This document shows positions 26,708 through 36,075 of a stretch of 64,000 nucleotides of DNA, one piece after another. The translations under genes were made by a program, and so were the position numbers. Source of the DNA: an uncultured Eubacteriales bacterium (GTDB taxonomy: Bacteria; Bacillota; Clostridia; Christensenellales; Aristaeellaceae); contig CADCJO010000001.1 in NCBI GenBank assembly GCA_902801765.1, positions 37,935 to 101,934 on the forward strand, written 5' to 3'. Under the pieces are notes generated by a model. It was not told where the DNA came from, searched no databases, and was given only the letters and a program-made list of their open reading frames with translations. Position 1 is the stretch's first letter, and every line of letters starts with the position of its first letter.

Positions 26708-27262
26708 ATGCGCGATTTGTCCCTGCACATTCTCGATCTGATGCAGAACAGCATCCGGGCTGAGGCGACGGTGGTGTCCCTGAGCGTGCTGCTTGATGAC
26801 AATGGGATTCTTTCTATTATTATAGAAGACGACGGCACCGGCATGAGCGAGGAATTGCTCTCCCGGGTCATGAGCCCCTTCGCCACCACCCGCACCACGA
26901 GAAAAGTGGGCTTGGGCATCCCCATGATGGCGGAGAACTGCCGCCTGGCGGGGGGCGATTTGCAGTTGGAAAGCGCGCTGGGCAAGGGCACGAAACTGAC
27001 CGCCACGATGGACACCGCGTCCATTGACTGCCTGCCCCTGGGCGATCTGCCCGGCACGGTGACGACGCTGGTGACCATGAACCCGGACAAGCCCGAATTC
27101 GTGCTGCATTGCCAGTCTCCCAAGGGAGAGATGCAGTTCGACACGCGGGAGATCAGGGAGGCTTTGCAGGGCGTTCCTTTCAGCGAACCTGAAATCGCCG
27201 CATGGATGCTGGAATCTTTGCGGGAAGAAATAGAACCGATCTTTGGAGGTGTCATTTTATGA
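26708..27262 (+). CDS. Stand-alone GHKL (histidine-kinase-like) ATPase domain protein inside the hydrogenase operon
   Basis: N-box HILDLMQNSIRA, G1 DDGTGM, G2 GLGIPM. It has no DHp/His domain and no TM. Its stop overlaps the next start (ATGA). Confidence 0.8.
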   Translation: MRDLSLHILDLMQNSIRAEATVVSLSVLLDDNGILSIIIEDDGTGMSEELLSRVMSPFATTRTTRKVGLGIPMMAENCRLAGGDLQLESALGKGTKLTATMDTASIDCLPLGDLPGTVTTLVTMNPDKPEFVLHCQSPKGEMQFDTREIREALQGVPFSEPEIAAWMLESLREEIEPIFGGVIL

Positions 27263-27633
27263 AGTCTTTGGCAGAATTGCAGGCCATCCGGGAAAAGACC
27301 CTGAACCGTATCAACCTGCGCAAGGAAGAAGAAAGCGAAGCCACCCGCGTGGTCATCGGCATGGCCACCTGCGGTATCGCCGCCGGCGCTCGCCCTGTGA
27401 TGCTGTCCTTCATGGATGAAATCCAGAAGCGCGGATTGCAGCATGTCACCGTCAGCCAGACCGGCTGCATCGGCATGTGCCGCCTGGAGCCCATGGTGGA
27501 CGTGATCATGCCCGGCCAGGAAAAGGTCACCTACGTGCACATGACCCCCGAAAAGGTGGGTCGCGTGGTGGCGGAACACATCGTCAACGGCCGTCCCGTG
27601 GAGGAATACACCATCGGCGCCGCCGAAAAATAA
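27259..27633 (+). CDS. hndB: [2Fe-2S] ferredoxin-like subunit (HndB-type)
   Basis: VVIGMATCGIAAGA ... TGCIGMCRLEP. Start ATG 27259 behind GGAGG. Confidence 0.85.
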   Translation: MKSLAELQAIREKTLNRINLRKEEESEATRVVIGMATCGIAAGARPVMLSFMDEIQKRGLQHVTVSQTGCIGMCRLEPMVDVIMPGQEKVTYVHMTPEKVGRVVAEHIVNGRPVEEYTIGAAEK

Positions 27634-27665
27634 GCATATGATGCTGTAATAGGGAGGAGAAATTC

Positions 27666-29465
27666 ATGGATATCTATCGCGCTCATGTGCTCTGCTGCGG
27701 CGGTACGGGATGTACCTCTTCCGGCTCTGCCCAGCTGATCCAGCGCTTCGAGGAAAAGATCAAGGAAAACGGCTTGGACAAGGAAGTCAAGGTCATCCGC
27801 ACCGGCTGCTTCGGCCTGTGCGAAGCGGGCCCCGTGGTCATCGTGTACCCCGAAGGCACCTTCTATTCCCGCGTGAAGGTGGACGACGTGGATGAGATCG
27901 TCACCGAACACCTGCTCAAGGGCCGCAAGGTGCAGCACCTGGTGTACAGCGATCACGCCACCCACGAACAGAACGCCAACAAGTCCCTGCAGGACATCAA
28001 CTTCTATAAGCATCAGCATCGTATCGCCCTGCGTAACTGCGGTGTGATCGACCCTGAAAATATCGACGAATACCTGGCCTTCGACGGCTACAAGGCTCTG
28101 GAAAAGGCCCTGACCACCATGACCCGCGAACAGGTTATCGAGGAAATCCTCAAGTCCGGCCTGCGCGGACGCGGCGGCGGCGGCTTCCCCACCGGCCTCA
28201 AGTGGAAATTCGCGGCGGCTTCCGTGGCCGACCAGAAATACGTGGCCTGCAACGCTGACGAGGGCGACCCCGGCGCGTTCATGGACCGCTCCGTGCTGGA
28301 AGGCGACCCCCACGCCGTGCTGGAAGCCATGGCCATCGCCGGCTATGCTATCGGCGCTTCCGAGGGCTATATCTACGTCCGCGCCGAATATCCCATCGCT
28401 GTGAAGCGTCTGGAAATCGCCATCGGCCAGGCCCGTGAATACGGCCTGCTGGGCGAAAACATTTTTGAAACCGGCTTTAACTTCGATATCAAGATCCGTC
28501 TTGGCGCCGGCGCGTTCGTGTGCGGCGAAGAAACCGCTCTGATGCGCTCCATCGAAGGCAAGCGCGGCGAGCCCACGCCCCGTCCTCCGTTCCCTGCGGT
28601 GAAGGGCCTGTTCGCCAAGCCCACCATGCTCAACAACGTGGAAACCTACGCCAACGTCGCCCAGATCATCCTGAACGGCGCGGACTGGTTCGCTTCCATG
28701 GGCACCGAAAAGAGCAAGGGCACCAAGGTGTTCGCTCTGGGCGGCAAGATCAACAACACCGGCCTGGTGGAAGTGCCCATGGGCACCCCGCTTCGCACCA
28801 TCATTTACGACATCGGCGGCGGCATCCCCAACGGCAAGAAGTTCAAGGCCGTGCAGACCGGCGGTCCTTCCGGCGGTTGCCTGCCGGCGGAACTGCTGGA
28901 TACCCCCGTGGACTATGACAACCTGATCGCGGCGGGCTCCATGATGGGTTCCGGCGGTATGATCGTCATGGACGAAGACAACTGCATGGTGGACATCGCC
29001 CGCTTCTTCCTGGACTTCACCGTGGACGAGAGCTGCGGCAAGTGCGCTCCCTGCCGCATCGGCACCCGCCGGATGCTGGAGATCCTGGAACGCATCGTGA
29101 ACGGCAAGGGCGAGGAAGGCGACATCGAGAAGCTGGAAAACCTGGCCAACACCATCAAGGCCACCGCTCTGTGCGGCCTGGGCCAGACGGCTCCCAACCC
29201 CGTGCTGTCCACCATCAAGTTCTTCCGTCATGAATACGAAGCCCATATCCGGGAAAAGAAGTGCCCCGCGCATCACTGCCAGGCCCTGCTGAGCTACGTG
29301 ATCGATCCTTCCAAGTGCCGCGGCTGCACCGCCTGCGCCCGCGTCTGCCCCGGCGGCGCGATCAGCGGCGAAGTAAAGAATCCCCATGTGATCGACCCCA
29401 GCAAGTGCCTCAAGTGCGGCGCGTGCATCGAGAAGTGCCGCTTCGGCGCGATCTCCAAACAGTGA
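27666..29465 (+). CDS. hndC: NuoF-like flavoprotein subunit (HndC/HydB) with FMN/NAD(P)H site and Fe-S domains
   Basis: N-terminal CCGGTGC 2Fe-2S domain, GRGGGGFPTG FMN site, ESCGKCAPCR, and two C-terminal CxxCxxCxxxC ferredoxin motifs. Confidence 0.9.
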   Translation: MDIYRAHVLCCGGTGCTSSGSAQLIQRFEEKIKENGLDKEVKVIRTGCFGLCEAGPVVIVYPEGTFYSRVKVDDVDEIVTEHLLKGRKVQHLVYSDHATHEQNANKSLQDINFYKHQHRIALRNCGVIDPENIDEYLAFDGYKALEKALTTMTREQVIEEILKSGLRGRGGGGFPTGLKWKFAAASVADQKYVACNADEGDPGAFMDRSVLEGDPHAVLEAMAIAGYAIGASEGYIYVRAEYPIAVKRLEIAIGQAREYGLLGENIFETGFNFDIKIRLGAGAFVCGEETALMRSIEGKRGEPTPRPPFPAVKGLFAKPTMLNNVETYANVAQIILNGADWFASMGTEKSKGTKVFALGGKINNTGLVEVPMGTPLRTIIYDIGGGIPNGKKFKAVQTGGPSGGCLPAELLDTPVDYDNLIAAGSMMGSGGMIVMDEDNCMVDIARFFLDFTVDESCGKCAPCRIGTRRMLEILERIVNGKGEEGDIEKLENLANTIKATALCGLGQTAPNPVLSTIKFFRHEYEAHIREKKCPAHHCQALLSYVIDPSKCRGCTACARVCPGGAISGEVKNPHVIDPSKCLKCGACIEKCRFGAISKQ

Positions 29466-29487
29466 TTCGTGCAAGGAGGAAAGAACA

Positions 29488-31236
29488 ATGGAACAAATGG
29501 TCAACCTTACGATTGATAACGTTAAGGTTTCTGTCCCCGCTGGCACGACTGTTCTGGAAGCTGCCAAGCAGGCGGGCATTAACATCCCCACCCTGTGTTA
29601 TCTGAAGGACGTGAACGCCATCGGCGCCTGCCGCATGTGCGTGGTCAACGCGGGCGGACGCGCCCTGCAGGCCGCCTGCGTGCTGCCCGTCAGCGAAGGC
29701 ATGAACGTGAAAACCAACACCCCCCAGATCCGCCAGTACCGCAAGAACCTGCTGGAGCTGGTGCTCTCCGCGCACGAGCAGAAGTGTCTTTCCTGCATCC
29801 GTTCTACCAACTGTGAATTGCAGAAGCTGTGCCGCGAGCTGGGCGTGGAAAACGGCGACAAGTATGCCGGCAAACAGAATCACTATGACATCGACGACGT
29901 GAGCCCCTCCATCGTGCGCGACAACAACAAGTGCATCCTGTGCCGCCGCTGCGTGGCCGTGTGCTCCAAGGTGCAGAACGTGGGCGTCATCGGCGCGGTG
30001 AACCGCGGCTTCGTGACCGCCATCGAATCTCCCTGGAACCTGAAGCTGGCCGATATGCCCTGCATCAACTGCGGCCAGTGCATCACCGCCTGCCCCGTCG
30101 GCGCCCTGTATGAAAAGGACGAAACCAAGAAGGTGTGGGACCTGATCGCCGACGATAGCAAGCACGTGGTCGTGCAGCCCGCTCCCGCCGTGCGCGCCGC
30201 GCTGGGCGAAGAATTCGGCCTACCCATGGGCACCTCTGTCACCGGCAAGCTGGCCGCAGCCCTGCGCCGCATGGGCTTTGACAAGGTGTTCGATACCGAC
30301 TTCGGCGCTGACCTGACCATCATGGAAGAAGCCACCGAGCTGGTGAACCGGGTCAAGAACAACGGCGTTCTGCCCATGATCACCTCCTGCTCTCCCGGCT
30401 GGATCAAGTTCTGCGAAACCTATTATCCGGACTTTATCCCGAATCTGTCTTCCTGCAAGAGTCCCCACGAAATGCTGGGCGCGATTATTAAGAGTTACTA
30501 CGCCGAAAAGGCGAACATCGATCCCAAGAACATCGCCGTGGTTTCCGTGATGCCCTGCACCGCCAAGAAGTTCGAGGCCGACCGTGAAGAACTGGCCGGA
30601 ACCGGTTATCCAGATGTGGACGCCGTCATCACCACCCGCGAGCTGGCCCGGATGATCAAGGAAGCGGGCATCGACTTCGTGAACCTGCCCGACGAAGACT
30701 TTGACGATCTGTGCGGCGAATCCACCGGCGCGGCCGTCATCTTCGGCGCCACCGGCGGCGTGATGGAAGCGGCCCTGCGTACCGCTTATGAAGTCATCAC
30801 CGGGAAAACCCTGGAAGACGTGAACTTCACTGCCGTCCGCGGCATCGAAGGCATCAAGGAAGCCACCGTTCAGGTGGGTGACCTGCCCGTGTCTGTGGCT
30901 GTTGCTCACTCCACCGGCGCCGCTTCCAAGCTGCTGGATATGGTTCGCTCCGGCGAAAAGAACTACACCTTCATCGAAGTGATGGCCTGCCCCGGCGGCT
31001 GCGTGACTGGCGGCGGTCAGCCCATCGTGTCCAGCCAGGATAAGATGACCTGCGATCCTCGCGTGGAACGCGCCAAGGCTCTGTACGGCGAAGACCTGAG
31101 TAAGCCCAAGCGCAAGAGCCATGAGAACGCCGAGATCAAGAAGCTGTACGACGAATTCCTGGGCGAGCCCAACGGCCATAAAGCTCATGAGTTGCTGCAC
31201 ACCCACTACATCAAGCGCGAAAAATATACCAAGTAA
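29488..31236 (+). CDS. hydA: [FeFe]-hydrogenase catalytic subunit (HndD/HydA)
   Basis: N-terminal 2Fe-2S and 4Fe-4S domains. H-cluster motifs ITSCSPGW, MPCTAKKFE and EVMACPGGCVTGGGQP. Confidence 0.9.
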   Translation: MEQMVNLTIDNVKVSVPAGTTVLEAAKQAGINIPTLCYLKDVNAIGACRMCVVNAGGRALQAACVLPVSEGMNVKTNTPQIRQYRKNLLELVLSAHEQKCLSCIRSTNCELQKLCRELGVENGDKYAGKQNHYDIDDVSPSIVRDNNKCILCRRCVAVCSKVQNVGVIGAVNRGFVTAIESPWNLKLADMPCINCGQCITACPVGALYEKDETKKVWDLIADDSKHVVVQPAPAVRAALGEEFGLPMGTSVTGKLAAALRRMGFDKVFDTDFGADLTIMEEATELVNRVKNNGVLPMITSCSPGWIKFCETYYPDFIPNLSSCKSPHEMLGAIIKSYYAEKANIDPKNIAVVSVMPCTAKKFEADREELAGTGYPDVDAVITTRELARMIKEAGIDFVNLPDEDFDDLCGESTGAAVIFGATGGVMEAALRTAYEVITGKTLEDVNFTAVRGIEGIKEATVQVGDLPVSVAVAHSTGAASKLLDMVRSGEKNYTFIEVMACPGGCVTGGGQPIVSSQDKMTCDPRVERAKALYGEDLSKPKRKSHENAEIKKLYDEFLGEPNGHKAHELLHTHYIKREKYTK

Positions 31237-31299
31237 TGCTTCATTCCCCGGGAGAGCCCTGTGTTCTCCCGGGGTATTTTGATGAAAGGAAGAAAAGCC

Positions 31300-31680
31300 A
31301 TGCCTGATTTTACGGAAATTTTGAATAAGGCCACAACGGAAGCCAAGGACTTTATCAACAATCCTTCGCGCCTGGATCAATTGTTGGTCAACTTGGAAAA
31401 CACCCTGCAAAAAGTGCCGCTGATTGGTGAATCCGTGTCCGAGCTGCCCACCATGATCGCCATGGTGAAAAGCTGGATCAAAAAGGAATATGACGTTTCT
31501 TACAAAGTTCTTGCCACAATGGTTGGCGCATTCATCTATGTTGTCAAGGATAAGGACATCATTTCGGATAATATTCCCCTTGTTGGCCGTGCCGACGACA
31601 TCGCTGTGGTCGGGCTGGCACTGAAATTCGTGGAACCCGAGGTGAAGGCCTATAAAGCCTGGCGGGATGGCAGACGATAA
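31300..31680 (+). CDS. DUF1232 (YkvA-like) membrane protein
   Basis: ...FIYVVKDKDIISDNIPLVGRADDIAVV... is a typical YkvA motif. Start ATG 31300 behind GAAAGGAAG. Confidence 0.65.
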   Translation: MPDFTEILNKATTEAKDFINNPSRLDQLLVNLENTLQKVPLIGESVSELPTMIAMVKSWIKKEYDVSYKVLATMVGAFIYVVKDKDIISDNIPLVGRADDIAVVGLALKFVEPEVKAYKAWRDGRR

Positions 31681-31701
31681 TCCCTGTCCATAATTGAAAT
31701 G

Positions 31702-31737
31702 AAAAAAGAGGAGCCGATTTGCCTCCTCTTTTTTTCA
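31702..31737. terminator. Bidirectional terminator (convergent DUF1232 gene / rluD)
   Basis: AAAAAAGAGGAG-ccgatttgc-CTCCTCTTTTTTT. Confidence 0.7.
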
Positions 31738-32601
31738 TTCAATACTGAAAGGACAAGGCGCTGTAAAGCGCATTCTTTCGCCTGTCGCTGGGTGCGTAAA
31801 TTCCAGGGAATAAGCGTGGAGCATTAAACGCGGCGCGTCGGGCATGCGCTTGTGCCCATACAACGGGTCGCCCAGCACAGGATGCCCGATGGATGCCATG
31901 TGAACGCGAATCTGATGGGTTCGGCCCGTGATGATGTGCACGTCCAGCAGCGTGCTGTCAGGATATTCTTTCAGCACCTTCCATTCCGTTTTCGCCCAGC
32001 GCCCGTTTTCGTCCACCGCCATTTTCTTCCGGTCAGTCTTGCTGCGGCCGATGGGCTTTTCGATCACGCCTTCCGGTTCCTTCATTTTGCCGTACACAAT
32101 GGCCCGGTAATGCTTCTCCATTTGTCGGTCAGACAATTGCTGGGATAAGGCGGTATGGGTGGCGTCGTCCTTCGCGACCAGCATGAGCCCGCTGGTGTCC
32201 TTGTCCAGCCGGTGCACGATGCCGGGGCGCATCTCTCCCCCAATCCCTGACAAGCTGTCCAGGTGGAACAGCAGGGCATTCACCAGCGTGCCGTCGTCGT
32301 TGCCCGCCGCCGGGTGCACCACCATGCCGCAGGGCTTCACCACCACGGCCAGATGCGCGTCCTGATACAGGATTTCCAGAGGAATATCCTGAGCTTCCGC
32401 CTTGGCGGGCTTGGGCTCCGGCAAATCCAAACGAATCGTTTGCCCCGGTTCGGCCTTGTAGGAGGGCTTGATTTCCTCCCTGCCGTCCACCGTGACACAA
32501 CCTTCTTTGATCAGCGCCGCCGCCCGGCTGCGGCTCAGTTCCCCGTCGGCGGACAGCAGCACGTCCAGCCGTTCGCCGTTTCCCGTAAACTCCCGAATCA
32601 T
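31735..32601 (-). CDS. rluD: RluA-family 23S rRNA pseudouridine synthase
   Basis: S4 domain plus HRLDKDTSG catalytic motif. Start chosen at ATG 32601, which overlaps the lspA stop (ATGA); the ORF track begins at 32652. Confidence 0.85.
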   Translation of the reverse strand: MIREFTGNGERLDVLLSADGELSRSRAAALIKEGCVTVDGREEIKPSYKAEPGQTIRLDLPEPKPAKAEAQDIPLEILYQDAHLAVVVKPCGMVVHPAAGNDDGTLVNALLFHLDSLSGIGGEMRPGIVHRLDKDTSGLMLVAKDDATHTALSQQLSDRQMEKHYRAIVYGKMKEPEGVIEKPIGRSKTDRKKMAVDENGRWAKTEWKVLKEYPDSTLLDVHIITGRTHQIRVHMASIGHPVLGDPLYGHKRMPDAPRLMLHAYSLEFTHPATGERMRFTAPCPFSIE

Positions 32602-33053
32602 TTCTTTCGTTTGCTCCAATCCTGAGGGCGGAACAGCAGGCTTAAGCCGCATAAAAACGCACCAGATACCACGCCTGCGTCCGCCACGTTGAAAATATAA
32701 AAATCCATGAACAGCAGCTCAAACATATCCACCACATAACCCAGAGCCAGCCGGTCGATCATATTGCCAATTGCCCCGCCCGCCATCAGAGAAATGGCAA
32801 CGGGGGCCAGGCCCTGGGGCCGCATACTCCGCAAGAGGCAGGCGCAGATTCCCACCAGAAAGATGGAAGCAAGCAGAATCAAAAGGGTATTGTCCTGGAA
32901 TAACCCCAAGGCCATACCGGTGTTTTTCGCGGGACGCAAGGCGATTACGCCGGGGATGAGCGTTATCTCCATCTCCCCACAATATGTTTTCACCAGCCTG
33001 TCCAGTATCAGCACCATCAGGCCGGGAAGCGTCCATTTCAAAACGTTTTTCAT
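32598..33053 (-). CDS. lspA: Signal peptidase II
   Basis: 151 aa, four TMs, GGAIGNMIDR and FNVADA motifs. Confidence 0.9.
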   Translation of the reverse strand: MKNVLKWTLPGLMVLILDRLVKTYCGEMEITLIPGVIALRPAKNTGMALGLFQDNTLLILLASIFLVGICACLLRSMRPQGLAPVAISLMAGGAIGNMIDRLALGYVVDMFELLFMDFYIFNVADAGVVSGAFLCGLSLLFRPQDWSKRKK

Positions 33054-33054
33054 C

Positions 33055-33321
33055 TCAGTGCATCCTGCTCTCCACCAGCATGACCACTTTCGCCAGGTAA
33101 TCCCCGATCAGGGGGATATTCGCCCGCATCAGTGCCTGCAAAACATAAATCAGCAGAGCGCCAATCAGGGAGAACCCCACCATGAAGCCCAACCCCCGCA
33201 GTACGCCTTCCCAGAATGCGTCCCGCAGCCGGGCTTTCCGGTTGCTTTGATAGCGCACATATTCGCCCAGCCGCATCCGCTCCGCCGCGTCGATGATTCG
33301 CTCCACCCGTTCCTCCAGCAT
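33055..33321 (-). CDS. Small membrane protein (DUF5665-like)
   Basis: 88 aa with a single hydrophobic segment, GLGFMVGFSLIGALLIYVL. The family assignment is from memory only. Confidence 0.55.
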   Translation of the reverse strand: MLEERVERIIDAAERMRLGEYVRYQSNRKARLRDAFWEGVLRGLGFMVGFSLIGALLIYVLQALMRANIPLIGDYLAKVVMLVESRMH

Positions 33322-33410
33322 GGCTTCCTCCTGAACAAGCTTCTGCTCTTATCATGTCCGCTTTCCCATCATATCACAACATTTCTTTTCCGTAAATGAC
33401 TTTTCAACAG

Positions 33411-33440
33411 AAAAAGCCCCTGACACAATCGTCAGGGGGG
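33411..33440 (-). terminator. Terminator of the OFOR operon
   Basis: Minus strand: CCCCTGACG-attgt-GTCAGGGG followed by CTTTTTCTG. Confidence 0.7.
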
Positions 33441-33456
33441 AAGTAGCGTTGCGGGA

Positions 33457-33981
33457 TTATTCGCCCAGGAACGCCTGCTTATTCAACGGGATCAGGGCCG
33501 CTTTCCGGCCGGAGAACACCTTTTCAAACACCTTGAACACGGTCTCCACCTGCACCACGCCTGTGCCGCGGACGACCTCGCCCAGCATGACCATGTTGGC
33601 GACCTTGTCGTTCCCCAGCTGCGCGCAGCGGGCGGCCAGATCGACGGCTACGGACTTTATGTCGTTGCGAGCAGGCTTGCGGTCAATGATGGATTCGTTG
33701 TAGAACATGAATCCGCCTTTCTTCACCATGGGCTCAAACTTGTCCATGGAAGGCAGGTTCATGACCACGGCGATGTCCGCCTCGTAAATCAGCGGAGAGG
33801 ACACGGGCTTGTCGCTGACGACCACGGTGCAGTTGGCAGTGCCGCCGCGCATTTCGGGGCCGTAGGAGGGCAGGAAGGTGGCTTCCTTGCCTTCCAGCAT
33901 AGCGGCGTAGGTGATGATCTGACCCATCAGCAGCACGCCCTGGCCGCCGGAACCGGCGAAAAACATTTTGTAGGTACTCAT
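33457..33981 (-). CDS. 2-oxoacid:ferredoxin oxidoreductase, gamma subunit
   Basis: MFFAGSGGQGVLLMG motif. Start at MSTYK (ATG 33981), abutting the beta-subunit stop. Confidence 0.85.
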   Translation of the reverse strand: MSTYKMFFAGSGGQGVLLMGQIITYAAMLEGKEATFLPSYGPEMRGGTANCTVVVSDKPVSSPLIYEADIAVVMNLPSMDKFEPMVKKGGFMFYNESIIDRKPARNDIKSVAVDLAARCAQLGNDKVANMVMLGEVVRGTGVVQVETVFKVFEKVFSGRKAALIPLNKQAFLGE

Positions 33982-34730
33982 GCCTGCTCCTCCTCCTTCG
34001 GCTCCTTGATCACGCCCAGGGGATAATACGCCATCACGTTGTTGCGCACCCATTCCAGGGCCTTCACCGGGGGCAGGCCCCAGTTGGTGGGGCAGGTGGA
34101 CAGGAACTCGACCAAGGTAAAGCCCAGGCCCTTTTTCTGAATCTCGAAGGCCCGGCGCACGGCCTTTTTCGCTTGCCGGATGTGGGCGGGGCTGTCCAGC
34201 GCCACACGCTCCACATAGGCCGCGCCGTCGATGGAGGCCAGCATTTCGCTCATTTTCACGGGCATGCCGTTGATTTCCTTCTTGCGACCGTCCTGGCTGG
34301 TGGTGCTCTTCTGGCCGATCAGGGTGGTAGGGGCCATCTGGCCGCCAGTCATGCCGTAGATGCCGTTGTTGATAAAGAAGGTGGAGAACTTTTCCCCGCG
34401 CACGGCGGCGTGGACGATTTCGCCGGTGCCGATGGAGGCCAGGTCGCCGTCGCCCTGATAGGTGAAGACCACCTTGTCAGGATGCACGCGGCGGATGCCG
34501 CTGGCAACGGCGGGGGCGCGGCCATGGGCGGCCTCGCACATATCCACGTTCATGTATTCATGGGCGGTGACGGAGCAGCCGATGGGGGCCACGCCGATGG
34601 TGTTGCCCAATTCGCCCATTTCCTCCAGCACCTCCATGATGATGCGATGGGCGATACCGTGGGTGCAGCCGGGGCAGTAATGGGTGGGCACGTCGGTCAT
34701 GCCCTTCGTATACTCAAAAATGGGCTTCAT
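33978..34730 (-). CDS. 2-oxoacid:ferredoxin oxidoreductase, beta (TPP-binding) subunit
   Basis: YCPGCTHG ... GDGDLASIGTGE TPP motif. Confidence 0.9.
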   Translation of the reverse strand: MKPIFEYTKGMTDVPTHYCPGCTHGIAHRIIMEVLEEMGELGNTIGVAPIGCSVTAHEYMNVDMCEAAHGRAPAVASGIRRVHPDKVVFTYQGDGDLASIGTGEIVHAAVRGEKFSTFFINNGIYGMTGGQMAPTTLIGQKSTTSQDGRKKEINGMPVKMSEMLASIDGAAYVERVALDSPAHIRQAKKAVRRAFEIQKKGLGFTLVEFLSTCPTNWGLPPVKALEWVRNNVMAYYPLGVIKEPKEEEQA

Positions 34731-35821
34731 TTCAATCCCTCCAATACAGCCTTGGCCCTTGCGGCCACTTCCAGGGAGGTGGGCACCATGCCGCCGGTGC
34801 GGTGGGCCAGGAACGTGGGCAGACGGCCGTTCAGCGCCAGCTGCACGTCGGTGATCATCTGGCCCATGGACAGCTCCACGGACACGACGGCTTTCGTCGC
34901 GCCAAAGTCGATTTCGTCAAAGGCCTTGTTGGGGAAAGGCCACAGGCTGATGGGCCGGATGAGGCCCGCCTTGACGCCCTGCTCCGCCAGCACTTCGCAG
35001 GCTTCGCGGCAGATGCGGGCCGTGGTGCCGAAGGCCACCAGAACCACTTCCGCGCCTTCCAGGTTTTCGGTCTCATACCGGCAAAGCTCTTTCTCGGCCC
35101 GGGCGTATTTTGCGAACAGCTTTTCCACGTGCTTTTCCAGATCCTCGGGCTTCATGCGCAGGGACTTGACCACCCGGCGGTTCCGGTCGCCGCCCCGGTC
35201 GTTGTAACCGGTGCAGGCCCAGTCGCGAATACCCGCGATCTCGTTGGGCTTGGGAACGGGCTTGAATTCCGGCAGACGCACGGGCTCCATCATCTGGCCG
35301 ATCATGCCGTCGGCCAGGATCATGATGGGATTGCGCCACTGCTGAGCCAGCTCGGTGCCTTCGTACAGCAGGTCAACGGCCTCCTGAATGGAGCTGGGGG
35401 CAAAGACGGGAATGCGATAGTCGCCGTTACCGCCGCCCCGGGTGACCTGGTAATAGTCCGCCTGGCCGGGCTGGATGCCGCCGATGCCGGGGCCGCCGCG
35501 GGAAACGTTCATTGCCAGCAGTGGCACCTCGGCGGAGCACAGGAAGCTCATGCCCTCCTGCATCAGCGCGATGCCGGGCGAGGACGAGGAAATAAAAACC
35601 GTGCCGCCCGCGGCGCCTGCGCCGTAGGCCATATTGATAGCGCCCAGCTCGCTTTCCGCCTGAACGAAATAGCCGCCGTGCTTGGGCAGCTCACGGCTCA
35701 TATATTCGGGCACTTCGCTCTGAGGCGTAATGGGATAACCGAAATACATCCGGGCGCCGCCGCGAATGGCGGCTTCGGCAAAGGCTTCGTTGCCTTTCAT
35801 GAGCACTTTATCGGTGGTCAT
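34727..35821 (-). CDS. 2-oxoacid:ferredoxin oxidoreductase, alpha subunit
   Basis: [15 protein letters not shown]...YPITPQSE is a typical POR/KOR alpha N-terminus. Confidence 0.9.
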   Translation of the reverse strand: MTTDKVLMKGNEAFAEAAIRGGARMYFGYPITPQSEVPEYMSRELPKHGGYFVQAESELGAINMAYGAGAAGGTVFISSSSPGIALMQEGMSFLCSAEVPLLAMNVSRGGPGIGGIQPGQADYYQVTRGGGNGDYRIPVFAPSSIQEAVDLLYEGTELAQQWRNPIMILADGMIGQMMEPVRLPEFKPVPKPNEIAGIRDWACTGYNDRGGDRNRRVVKSLRMKPEDLEKHVEKLFAKYARAEKELCRYETENLEGAEVVLVAFGTTARICREACEVLAEQGVKAGLIRPISLWPFPNKAFDEIDFGATKAVVSVELSMGQMITDVQLALNGRLPTFLAHRTGGMVPTSLEVAARAKAVLEGLK

Positions 35822-36045
35822 TGGTCGCCCTCCTCCTTCTGATAGATGGCAATGGCCCCGTCAGGGCACATCAGCGCGCAGCTCTGGCAGCCGATGCAGG
35901 CTTCCTGATTGACCGCGCAGGCGGGGTGGTAGCCCTTGGCGTTGACCTGGCTGGACATGCCGATCACGTCCTTGGGGCAGGCGTACCGACACAGTTCGCA
36001 CCCCTTGCACCTTTCCGGACGGAAAACAAGTTGGAACGAGCGCAT
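35818..36045 (-). CDS. 2-oxoacid:ferredoxin oxidoreductase, delta (2x[4Fe-4S]) subunit
   Basis: [12 protein letters not shown] and [12 protein letters not shown] motifs. Confidence 0.9.
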   Translation of the reverse strand: MRSFQLVFRPERCKGCELCRYACPKDVIGMSSQVNAKGYHPACAVNQEACIGCQSCALMCPDGAIAIYQKEEGDQ

Positions 36046-36075
36046 TTTCTTCTCCTCCGATTTGTAAAATATTAC

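Noticed and set aside
27531-29591. 686-aa minus-strand ORF (also 26101-27579 and 30220-31410) antisense to the hydrogenase genes
   Set aside because: It is a Gly/Ala/His/Val-rich low-complexity translation with no RBS or motifs. It lies opposite genes with unmistakable NuoE/NuoF/HydA motifs. This is the typical GC-rich shadow ORF.
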